Assembly: GCA_051294375.1 (NCBI GenBank)
Contig: CM119266.1
Coordinates: forward strand, 24,430,125 to 24,494,124
DNA: 64,000 nt
From: Paraspadella gotoi
Lineage: Eukaryota; Animalia; Chaetognatha
Reading direction: 5' to 3'
Shown here: positions 1 through 11,062 of the stretch, one piece after another
How the letters are laid out: every line of letters starts with the position of its first letter
How positions within the stretch are numbered: the first letter of the stretch is position 1
The notes under the pieces: generated by a model
What the model was told of the DNA's origin: nothing
The model's input: the letters and a program-made list of their open reading frames with translations, nothing else
Databases searched by the model: none
Position numbers and translations under genes: made by a program

Positions 1-3000
1 TCTCTCTCTCTGCCTCGTAAAAAATGCGGGTTTATTGGCGTTACTTTAGTCTAGTCCGTTATTGTGTCACTTTTACTTCCACTTTAACGTGAGAAGGAGA
101 GACTGCTCTCCATTTTCTTCATTCTGAGCCTCATCGACAATTCCAGGTTTTTTTCCTGTGTAATTTCAATCTATTATCTATATTCACTATAATTTACATT
201 CGGTGTATTTTAATGCATTAGTTTCTTTGACAATGATCAGTGATCAGTGCTTCTTTATCTCCTCCCATCGCGCCATACTCTACTATCGAACGTTTTCCTT
301 TTCGAAGAACTGTCGACGTAAGTGGTATTTCCTTTTCTTAAAAATGAACATACAAACGAAGGAACGAACTAGACAACAGACCACAAAAAAAAGCGAACAA
401 CGCCCTTCTGAGCTAGCCTTCCGCAGTCCGCAGTCCAGAAAGGCCTGTCTGTAATTCTACATGCAATCCCTCTTTCCAACGGAGGAGTTGGTTTGGACGG
501 CTAAGGGGCATAGGGGTTCAGCGGTGAGCGTGGAGAGAGCGCCATCTGCATTCTTGGGACGCCGCCACGCCGCGTCGGAGCCGCGTCGCGCGCTCGCCCC
601 AAGCGCGACACGCCCACCGCGAGGGCGCCCTAAAAAACCGGCGCGCGCCGCTCCCTCTTAAAAACCGGCGCCATAACCTTAAAAATCCCGGCAGCGCCGC
701 TACCTCGACCCTTGCAGTATAGACTCGCCCGGCGCGAAAGAGATGATGAAAGGAGAGAAGAGGAGAGTAGGAGAGAGATCGAGAGAGAGAGAGAAGAGAG
801 AGAGAGATGAGTAGGAGAGAGAGAAGAGAGAGAGATGCAGGAGAGATAGTAGAAATGATTTTTNNNNNNNNNNNNNNNNNNNNNNNNNNNNNNGAGAGAG
901 AGAGAGAATATTATTATTATGGCGCCTGATTTATCCCCTAATTTAGGGGCCATTTACAATCGAGGTTTAAAACGGCAGAAGACTCGTTATATCGAATGGG
1001 GAGGAAATAAAATGGCGGAGTTTTTTAAAAAAGAGGAGAAAAAGTTAAGAAAGAAGGAAAATAAGAGATTTAATGTTGTAAAAGTATGTTTGTAAACAGT
1101 GAAAAGAAAAAGTGTGAGAGCAAAAGGGAAATAAAGACAGATAGATACGTGATAGNNNNNNNNNNNNNNNNNNNNNNNNNNNNNNNNNNNNNNNNNNNNN
1201 NNNNNNNNNNNNNNNNNNNNNNNNNNNNNNNNNNNNNNNNNNNNNNNNNNNNNNNNNNNNNNNNNNNNNNNNNNNNNNNNNNNNNNNNNNNNNNNNNNNN
1301 NNNNNNNNNNNNNNNNNNNNNNNNNNNNNNNNNNNNNNNNNNNNNNNNNNNNNNNNNNNNNNNNNNNNNNNNNNNNNNNNNNNNNNNNNNNNNNNNNACG
1401 TCGAATCCTCGTCGCGTTAATCGATTCTACCGTAAAATAAAACCACAATTTGAGTTTTAAGGGGAGGGAGAAGACTGAAGAGGATATTAAGAGGAGGGTG
1501 AAGAGGATTTTAAAACGACGATCAGGGGCGTATTTTTTTTTTTAAGGGATCGAATAAAAACGGTCATTGATGGGATATTTTGTGAAACAAGTGAGAGAAA
1601 ATGGGAAAAAGGGTTTCAAATGGTGATTCGTACAAAAGTAGCTCCTGAGGCAGTTTTGCAAGTTTTTGGACGCAACTGCATTTTCGTACTACTATTTTAT
1701 CACCGTCCAAAATAAGAAGAGATGTTATTTTGTGTTCGGATTTATTCCACAGAGGGCCAGACGCGCTTGTTTCTCCCCGGCTTAAAATTCGATTCGAGTG
1801 AAACTCGGCAGAAAGTAAAGGACGCTTGAAAAGTTGACGTCAAATAAATTTCGCGCCTTTACGCTCGGGCGTTCGACCGGAAGCGGACGATAACAACAAC
1901 AACAGGAAGCGAATCTTGAAACACCGCGCCAGCGACACTTTTTTTTCTTCATAGATGTTGAGCAACGCAAAGATATGAGTATAATTTTTTTTAGTTTAAG
2001 TGATAAAAATGTTTACTTGGAGTTTTGGAGACTGCATCATGTGCATCATATGTCTTACATAGGAAAAAGAAAAGAGATTACATAACAAAAAGCTAGATGG
2101 CCCGAATGAATAGCTAAGATTAAAAACAGAAAAGAAGAGCGAAACAGACAAAAATAGAAAGCCAAATGCAAGAAATTAACGAAACCAAAAAAAGTAAACA
2201 AAAACTGAGAAGAGGCTTCGTAATTAGCGAGAAGGAGAAAGGAGAAAAAAAAAAAGAAAGAAGTAAAATAGAGAAAAGAAAAAGAAAAAGAAAAGCCAGT
2301 CCGCTTAAGAGTTGAGTTATGGTTACGGCCAGAGGGGGAACGCTTCTCTTCACTTCCCTAAATAACGTTATTAGTTTTTTTTCCTTCGTTTTTCTTCCGT
2401 GTTGTTTTTATTAAATCGTCGCTTGTTGTTGTTGTTGTTGTTGTTGTTATTGTTGTCGTTGTCGTCGTTGGGTTGAGGTCGTTTTCCTCGATGTGGGAAT
2501 GTATGGGATTTAAATCATCTCGAATGAATCCCTGACCTGGAAAAAGCATGCTCTTTGTGAAGATGGCATATAAATGTACATCCAATAAATACTAATGTGA
2601 GAAAAAAGGCAAGGTTGTCCAATCTTCTGCATTTAAATGAAACTAAACCTTCCTACTCTGTTTTCTACTTTAATCCAGACCAACAAAGCGACCGACTGAA
2701 AATGTTTACTCAAAAGATGCCTGGACGCATCGTCTAAAAATAAGCAGCGCCTCGAAATCGTCCATTTATTTTTCATACGTATGATCTTTCTTTTCGCCTT
2801 CACCTTCTGGTCGGAAAAAAAAAAAGGCGAAAACCACTCTTTCCGCTTTTCTTCTTTTTTTTTTGATTTTTAATATTTTTTTTGTGTGTGTAATATTTAT
2901 TGAAAGAATCTTGGTGCTGGCAGTTTTACGGTCGACGCGCCGAATATGAGCTATGGGCGNNNNNNNNNNNNNNNNNNNNNNNNNNNNNNNNNNNNNNNNN

Positions 3001-3388
3001 NNNNNNNNNNNNNNNNNNNNNNNNNNNNNNNNNNNNNNNNNNNNNNNNNNNNNNNNNNNNNNNNNNNNNNNNNNNNNNNNNNNNNNNNNNNNNNNNNNNN
3101 NNNNNNNNNNNNNNNNNNNNNNNNNNNNNNNNNNNNNNNNNNNNNNNNNNNNNNNNNNNNNNNNNNNNNNNNNNNNNNNGAAGAAGCGTATCGAGTTGCA
3201 GGAGTTGGGGGCGTTGGACTGTGTTTCGAGGCGTCGAAGGGAGCCGTGTGGACGGGAAACTTGAGTGTTGCTCAACTGGATGTAGAAAAGGTGAGAGTCT
3301 GACTGAGATCGTTCGCTCTGTCGTTTCTATTCGATCTCTACTGATGTGAGAACAAGAAATGTTTGGGCAAGAGATTTACGGTTGAAGA

Positions 3389-3440
3389 GTGGGATAGTGG
3401 ATAATAGGATAGTGGGATAGTGGGATAGTGGGATGGTGTG
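3389..3440. repeat. Degenerate 8-bp tandem repeat (GTGGGATA)n
   Basis: gtgggatagtggataataggatagtgggatagtgggatagtgggatggtgtg read directly. Confidence 0.85.
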
Positions 3441-3554
3441 GGGAAAGCGTCAGGCTCCTTTGTGATCATTTGAAGGGAAGGCGGAGGCGTAGGCGAAAGG
3501 TGTGAAGGACATACGTGGGCGAAGAAACGAGAATGAAAATCGCGTCATCGACGA

Positions 3555-3586
<32 letters not shown>

Positions 3587-3825
3587 AAAACGGCTACGGT
3601 GACAACAGCGACGACATCGACGGAGTCAAATCGAACTTGATTCATACGCCACGATAAACCATAACAAAAAAAAAACAATAACAACAACAACGACGACCTC
3701 GTTGCTTTATTATCAAAAGTCTCGGAACATGAAAGGAAACAAAGAGAAACATGAGACGGGGTTTTACGACTGGACGGACGGATTCGGATTGGGAGTGCGC
3801 TCTTCGGGCGCAAGATTGAATATTC

Positions 3826-3861
<36 letters not shown>

Positions 3862-4809
3862 NNNNNNNNNNNNNNNNNNNNNNNNNNNNNNNNNNNNNNN
3901 NNNNNNNNNNNNNNNNNNNNNNNNNNNNNNNNNNNNNNNNNNNNNNNNNNNNNNNNNNNNNNNNNNNNNNNNNNNNNNNNNNNNNNNNNNNNNNNNNNNN
4001 NNNNNNNNNNNNNNNNNNNNNNNNNNNNNNNNNNNNNNNNNNNNNNNNNNNNNNNNNNNNNNNNNNNNNNNNNNNNNNNNNNNNNNNNNNNNNNNNAACT
4101 GTTATTTTGGAATATTCTTGTAAAATTGAGAAAAGTATTAAACTAAGCTAACTAAGCTAATAATTTGATAATATTTTTATCGTACTTTTCGTTGACATTG
4201 ATCAATTGCGTCAAAATTCTTTTTTTTTCTCGACGAGAAACATAGCGAGTTTTCTCAGTACTAAAACTAATACTGATACTAATAATAGTATTAATAATAA
4301 CTTCGCTCTTTTTCTCTCTCACAAAAAAAACTGGAAAAAACTGTGCAAATACCAGTTTATGAGGGATCGTGTCAAAAAGCATGATAAAACATTCAACTGG
4401 TCAATTAGGCAGACTTTCGAAGCAATTAGTTTTACTGCTTCTTCTAATTGGGAGATAAAAACTTTTTTTTTGAGATGGAGCTATATTAGCTTTTCTTTGA
4501 TAGGCATGAAAAAAATGAGATGCATCCTAAAAAATAATAAATATAATAGAATAATTTAAGACACACATCAATAAAGTGGTACAAGAATTTGGATCAGCAA
4601 AGTGAGCGAAGGAGGTGGAAACTCAATGTTATCAACCGACGTCACCCTTTCACCTCTCGATCTCCCTCTGACTGTCTCGCTCTCTATCTATCCCCACCAA
4701 GTAAAACACCGGTCAACGACTCCGTCTCAAGAGTCACCTCGCACTCGGGGAAAAAGAAGCGATAAAACCTCGACTGGCCAAATGGCTCTCGACTCTCTCA
4801 AAAACGGAA

Positions 4810-5000
4810 AGCCGGGCCCCGACCCCGCGCGCCGACCCGCCCGCAGCCCGAGTCGGCCGACGCCCCACAGCCCGAGCGGCCGCCCCTGTGCGCCCCCAGA
4901 AAGGGCGCGAAAGGGAGGGAGAGTTTGATTCGAGTCGCCGCCGTTCAAATCAGTCCTCGGGGCCGTGAAAAACCCCAAAACCGACGCTCCCGATAGCGGA
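4810..5000 (+). promoter_or_regulatory. GC/CpG-rich island with Inr-like TCAGTC; possible promoter of the downstream transcription-factor gene
   Basis: Locally very GC-rich non-coding patch ~3.3 kb upstream of the coding exon; TCAGTC at 4950-4955 fits the arthropod Initiator consensus TCAGTY. No well-spaced DPE; no transcript evidence. Confidence 0.3.
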
Positions 5001-5447
5001 GACGAGATAGAGAGAGAGAGAGGAGAGCGAGAGAGAATGAGAGGGAGAGGAGAGCAAGAGAGGAGAGAGGAGGACGAGAGATAGACGAGAGCGAATGGCA
5101 ATAACTGCGTAACAATAACGATCCTATTAACAACAACAACAACAACAGCGGAAAACCACATCGGTCGATACGACCACGCTGCAGGATTTCTTCTCTTTGA
5201 TTTTTCTTTCCTCGCCTTCTTTTACTTTTTTCTCTAATTGTTTTTCTTTTCTTTCTTTTCTTTCTTTTCTTCTGTTCTTTCTTGCTTTCTTTCTTTCTTC
5301 TTTCTTTCTTTCTTTCTTCTTTCTTTCTTTCTTTCTTCTTTCTTTCTTTTTTCTTTCGTTTCTTTCTTTCTTTCTCTTTTCCTTTCTCTTTATCTTTTTC
5401 TCTCTTATTTCCTTTTACCATTGTTAGTTCCTTTCTTTTTTTATCTC

Positions 5448-6020
5448 TCTTTTTAGCCCCACTCAATGGGATGAGTCAAAAATTTAGACTGAGTACATAC
5501 TCAAAAGAAAATTTATACATTTCTAAGTAAATTTCTTATATGGCTCTCCATAGTAATTAATTTTTTAATATTTATTTTTAAATAGGAAAGGCCAACAATT
5601 GTTTAAAGAAATTTTTAAATTTTAAGACCAGATTCAGTTAGCTCATGAAAAGTTGTCTACACAAAGTATAATTATTTTTTAAATATTTTCATGATAAGTG
5701 AGTAAAAAATAAGAAAAACTGAAAAAAATCATTATCATCATCATCTTTAGCTGATTTTATCAGTTTTTTACATTTTCACATAGAAAATGTAAGAATTTTT
5801 AAAAGCTGTAATTATATTTCTTGTTGAGTTTTTTATGCTCTATCAGAATCTATCAAAAAAATTATTTTTCTCTATATAGTAATATAATAATATAATATAA
5901 TATAATACCCTCAGAAGAAAGCACTTTTGACAAAAAATAATTTAATACCATAAAATATTGTCATGATAGATTATTTTTATGCTCTATACATTAGCATTTA
6001 AATTTCATCGGCTACGGATA
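5448..6020 (+). mobile_element. Non-autonomous hAT-type element (MITE), copy 1, left end eroded
   Basis: Reverse-complement homolog of 15616-16227 along its length (actcaatgggatgagtcaaaaatttaga at 5461 vs tctaaatttttgactcaccccattgagt at ~16187; tacattagcatttaaatttcatcggcta at ~5987 vs tagccgatgaaatttaaatgctaatgta at 15622). Right TIR remnant cggctacggata 6009-6020; no TSD recognisable. Confidence 0.8.
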
Positions 6021-8168
6021 TCTTAATGTTTTATTCTTTCTTTATTTCTTTTTTCTTTCTTTACTCTTTCTTTCCTACTTTTTAAAAAAAAAATTGTTAT
6101 ATCCCTTTTTCCACTTTTTTGTCTTTTTTTGTCTTATTTTCTTCTTTCCCTTTTAAAAAATCCTTTTTTTTTCTTTTCATCTTTTCCCCTTCTCACTCCC
6201 CCCCCCCTTTTCTTCATTCAATTTTCCCCCTTTGATTTTCATCCTGTAATTAAAAAAAAGACAGAGATGGTACAGTCTCGTGCTTATGCCGCGGACGACG
6301 ATAAAACGGACGACGACCGACGCAACGACGGTTACGGCGACGACGTCAATGACGACGACGACGACGACGACGACGTGGACGCGTTACGCCCAAAAAGCAT
6401 TTCTTTCGCCCGCGCGAGAAAGAGAGGGAGAGAGAGAGAGAGAAAGAGCGAGAGCGAGACTGAGAAAGAGTGAAAAAAAAAACATTTGGCACAAAAACTC
6501 TCGTCGTCAAAACAACAACAACAACAATTCTTTTCAATTTTTTTTTTTAATTTCCTAGAAAAAAATAAAGAAGAAAAAAAGAAAGACAAATTTTCATCCA
6601 ATGTTAACCTACCATTTTTATTCCACGATTCTTTATTTTTATTTTTAACAACTTAATTTTATGGACTCGTTTCGTCGTCTCTTTTCTTTTTCCTCGCCTT
6701 CGTCTTCCAAATATCGTCACATACTACGAATCCTTTTCTCTTCTGGCATTTAACTCATCTTCGATTCACACATTAAAATCGTGAAAGGAGGAACGCCGCC
6801 CGTTTGATCGAGGGGATCGGGAAGAGGAGGAGCGGACAAGGAGTTTTTCAATGAGAGGAGGAAGAGCATCGTTTGTGGTGATAGAATGAGAGAGAGTCTC
6901 GACTCGGGGAGGGAGAGAAAGAGAGAGAGAGAGAGGAGAAAGAGGGAGAAAAGAGTAGGATAAGAAAAGAAGGAAATATTCTGCTTTCTACTGCACTCAT
7001 CTGCTCCGGTGGGCGGGAGAGGAGAGAGGAAGAGAGAGAGAGGAGAGAGAGTAGACAGAGAGGNNNNNNNNNNNNNNNNNNNNNNNNNNNNNNNNNNNNN
7101 NNNNNNNNNNNNNNNNNNNNNNNNNNNNNNNNNNNNNNNNNNNNNNNNNNNNNNNNNNNNNNNNNNNNNNNNNNNNNNNNNNNNNNNNNNNNNNNNNNNN
7201 NNNNNNNNNNNNNNNNNNNNNNNNNNNNNNNNNNNNNNNNNNNNNNNNNNNNNNNNNNNNNNNNNNNNNNNNNNNNNNNNNNNNNNNNNNNNNNNNNNNN
7301 NNNNNNNNNNNNNNNNNNNNNNNNNNNNNNNNNNNNNNNNNNNNNNNNNNNNNNNNNNNNNNNNNNNNNNNNNNNNNNNNNNNNNNNNNNNNNNNNNNNN
7401 NNNNNNNNNNNNNNNNNNNNNNNNNNNNNNNNNNNNNNNNNNNNNNNNNNNNNNNNNNNNNNNNNNNNNNNNNNNNNNNNNNNNNNNNNNNNNNNNNNNN
7501 NNNNNNNNNNNNNNNNNNNNNNNNNNNNNNNNNNNNNNNNNNNNNNNNNNNNNNNNNNNNNNNNNNNNNNNNNNNNNNNNNNNNNNNNNNNNNNNNNNNN
7601 NNNNNNNNNNNNNNNNNNNNNNNNNNNNNNNNNNNNNNNNNNNNNNNNNNNNNNNNNNNNNNNNNNNNNNNNNNNNNNNNNNNNNNNNNNNNNNNNNNNN
7701 NNNNAACGAGATCGAATTTACGGGTTTTTTCTTTATTGGACGAAGCTGTAAAATTCGCGTGCCTTTTGAAACCGTCGATTTGAAGCACAAAGTTTATCTT
7801 CGCCAACGTAAACTGTCTACAAAAATTATGAATAGAAAAAAAAAACTAAGAGTATTATTTACGGCCTCGGCATTTTTTTTTTCGTGATAAAAGCATTTTA
7901 AAATTTCCTCCTTTAGCATTTAATTTCCACTATTCGCTAAAATCTGAGCAAGCAATATGATGAATTTCTTTTTAAATAAATTTCCCTATTCTTGTGCATC
8001 GGTAGTAACGCAGTAATGATGGGAAAAAACAGCTCATCCTAATATCTTGATTGTTTTATCCTAATAATTTTAATTTAATTTAATATAATTTAATAATTTA
8101 ATTCATCCTAATATCTTGATTTTCTTGTTTTTTTCAGAAATCAAATAAATCAGAAAACGATCTTCAAA

Positions 8169-8212
<44 letters not shown>

Positions 8213-8230
8213 TCTCTCTCATATCTCCTC

Positions 8231-8247
8231 TTCTTATCTTGTTTCAG
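8231..8247 (+). other. Candidate 3' splice acceptor of the coding exon
   Basis: Pyrimidine tract ending ttcttatcttgtttcag immediately before the GC-rich exon; an alternative ttttttcag acceptor ends at 8137. Confidence 0.5.
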
Positions 8248-8289
8248 CCCCCCTCTCTCTTTCACCCCCCTCTCCACCTCCCCGAGGCC

Positions 8290-9186
8290 ATAGGAACTCG
8301 GCCTCGTGGCCAAGTATCCCGACCCGATTCCACCACTGCCCTCAGCGACCGCGCCGCTCCACCTAACCTCCCAACCGCCCCCCGCCGCTGCCGCCACGCC
8401 GGTTCGCCGCGCTCACTTCCCACAGCGGCGGCCCCTCCTTCCGCCTCTCCCGTCCAGACGACTTCCCTTCCTTCCCCCGTCCCTCACCCCATCTCCTCGC
8501 TCCCCGGTCAGTCGGCGTCTTCGGCGGCGGCCGCCGCTGCCGCCGCCGCAGCGGCAACTCGCACTTCCGTCGCCGCCGCAGCGTCTTACTACACCAAGTA
8601 CGAGACGGCCGTGAAGAACGAGTACATCAAGAACGAGTTCATGAAGTCAGACTACTTACCAAACTCCATCTCCGCCGCCGCCGCCGCCGGCGTCGCCGCC
8701 GCCAAAGACTCCACGTCGACCCACCCCCACTACGCGGACCAGTTTTCTCTGTGGAAGACGTCGGCGGCGGACTCGACCTCCTCGATGGCCGCCTCCTCCA
8801 TGTACACGGCCAACCTCCCCGCCCTCGGCCCTTACTCTTCTCTGGTGGACCGCGCCGCCGCCGCAGCCTCCGCCAATCCCTTTCCCTCGGCCGCGGCGGC
8901 GTACTCGGCCGCCGCCAGCTCTTACTACACGCCCCACCATCATCACCACCAGGCAAGCTGGCGGCGGCGGCGGCGGCGGCCGCCAACTCACCCCATTCAT
9001 CACACATCCCCCGCACGCCGCACGTGGGCGCCGCGGCGCTGAACCCGCGGTCCTGGTGCGGCGCCAACGCCTCCTTCAACGGCACCTTCGACGTTCCCGG
9101 CGGGCATCATGTCTCCCCGGCGACGGCCGCGGCCGCCGTCAGCGGCGGACTCCCGCTCGTCGGCGATCACTACGGGGATAATGCAG
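8290..9186 (+). CDS. First coding exon of a developmental transcription factor, probably homeobox, possibly posterior Hox (Abd-B-like); frameshifts are likely sequencing errors
   Basis: GC-rich with strong C/G third-position bias in AT-rich surroundings. Joining ORFs 8306, 8239 and 8751 across shifts near 8400 and 8952 gives (M)ELGLVAKYPDPIPPLPSATAPLHLTSQ...SAAAAAAAAAAATRTSVAAAASYYTKYETAVKNEYIKNEFMKSDY...HYADQFSLWK...SSYYTPHHHHHQ-KLAAAAAAAANSPH...NPRSWCGAN...DHYGDNA. Start is GCC-ATaG-GAA at 8287-8296 (Kozak GCCATGG if one base is inserted). Ends at CAG|GTGAGT. Family assignment is inference from motif order only. Confidence 0.8.
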
Positions 9187-9192
9187 GTGAGT
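9184..9192 (+). other. 5' splice donor CAG|GTGAGT (phase 1 intron starts 9187)
   Basis: Consensus donor at the end of the codon-biased GC-rich region; composition becomes AT-rich within ~70 bp downstream. Confidence 0.8.
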
Positions 9193-10244
9193 TCAGTCGA
9201 GGTCAGATCGTTATGGGAGGTGATTGGGTGAGTTTGAATTCCGTCGGTGAATGAGTTGGTGAATGCATTTGAAAAGAATCATCTCTTAATATCGGGGAAA
9301 GTCCGGAAGGAAACTTTTCATTTGAGATAATTGCTGTGCTTAAGAAAATTTGGATCAAATCTTTAAATCTTTAGGTTCAAAATTATCTCAATTTGAAACT
9401 ATTGTAGTATGTATGTAAAATGTTATTAATCATATTCAGTGCCTTGAATTGTCTGAGTCATCGTCTTAGACCTACGCTCTGCCATTTATCGTTTATGAAC
9501 TCACTTTCTCGAATATGAAAACATTTGTTGGTTTCAAATTTTTAAAAAACGAATTTTTTTTACTTTATATCAAACGCATTAAAAATCAGATCATAATTTA
9601 AATTTAGTTTTTTAGTTTCAGTACCGGTTCGTGGTAACAAATCAAAATTCCGAAACGACCGTAATTTGTATGCTAATGCTCTCTTCTATGAATCGTTTTC
9701 ATTTTGCGTGAGTGGGTTGAAACGTTCAACATTTCTCTAGCATTTTTTGGCCTGAGAAAAAATTATTGTCTAAGCGAAAAAAATGTTTACATTTTTTTAA
9801 ACATTTTTCGTTTAAAAAGGTATGAAATTATACAATTTTTAATTTTCAAAACAGAGAGAGAGATGTAGAAAGATAAATTTGGGAGCAAAGAGTAAAAAAA
9901 AATAATTACATCAAGTTTAATACGTACAATCGATTGATCTATAATGATATTCCTAATTAATTTAACTGCGGCTGACAAATAATAAAACCGTCAATCGGTC
10001 GACATTAAAAAAAAAAATTGGTGCCGACCAATGCAAAAAAATAAAAAGGCAAACTCATTCGCAAAAAAAAAAATAGAAAATAAAAAATAAAAAAGAGAAA
10101 TTGGAGGTTTTAATTCCATCGAAGCGAATTAGCGAGGATTGACGCAAATGAGTCTGAGTCGTCATGACGACGACGCCGACTTTGTCGATGCCTTCCAGAG
10201 TCGGAGACGAGTTTTAACAGATTCGACGATCGTCATAATTTGTC

Positions 10245-10334
<90 letters not shown>

Positions 10335-10761
10335 GGAGAAGACAAGACAGACAGACAAGACACACACAGACGGACCGACAGACAGACCTTAAAATAAACA
10401 GGAAAGGAAGGGAAAATTCTGCAGTGATTTTACTAAAACAGGATTCAGCATCACTTGATCGCGTCTCAAATTCTTTTCTTTTTTTTCTTTTTTGCTTTAA
10501 TTTTTTCCCTTTTATTCTTTTTTTCTCTTTGTGCGGCATCGTCAAGGCGATCGGACTCTCGAGTGCCAATCCGCCCTTTTTGCAGCTGTCGACGTCTGAC
10601 TGTTTGGAGTGTTGTTGTTGTCCGCGCTACTTTCAGTCAAATCCGGGGCTGATTAACGTCAAATCTAACGCTACTCGAACCATTGCCTGGTATAACCTTT
10701 ACCATAATAGAATATTTGTTTCTCCCCCTTTCCTCTCTCTCCTCTCTTCTCTTCTCTCCTC

Positions 10762-10802
<41 letters not shown>

Positions 10803-10904
10803 ATTCTATCTCTCTCTCTCTCTAAAATAAAAGCAGGAGGCCCATTTTTTGTCGAGCCCGCTCCTGCGGCCACGGAAGCCGAATAGTAGAGAGGAAAAAA
10901 GAGC

Positions 10905-10989
10905 AGGCTGACATTTCAGTGTAACATTCCGCCGCCGCGCCGTAAAATCATTTATGTTCCAGTAAAAGATACGATTCATTTACTCTGAC

Positions 10990-10990
<1 letters not shown>
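10905..10990. promoter_or_regulatory. Intronic cluster of Hox/Cdx- and TALE-type motifs
   Basis: TGACA 10909, GCCGTAAAATCA 10939-10950, TTTATG 10951, AGTAAAA 10961, TCATTTAC 10976, in a short island between (TC)n and (GA)n runs. Confidence 0.4.
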
Positions 10991-11025
<35 letters not shown>

Positions 11026-11028
11026 GAT

Positions 11029-11062
<34 letters not shown>

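Noticed and set aside
6129-6558. ORFs with poly-Asp/poly-Thr (MVQSRAYAADDDK...)
   Set aside because: Translation of (GAC)n and (GA)n microsatellites; no domain or splice support.
8034-8121. Direct repeat tcatcctaatatcttgatt with AT-rich spacer
   Set aside because: Only two copies; local slippage duplication, not an array or CRISPR.
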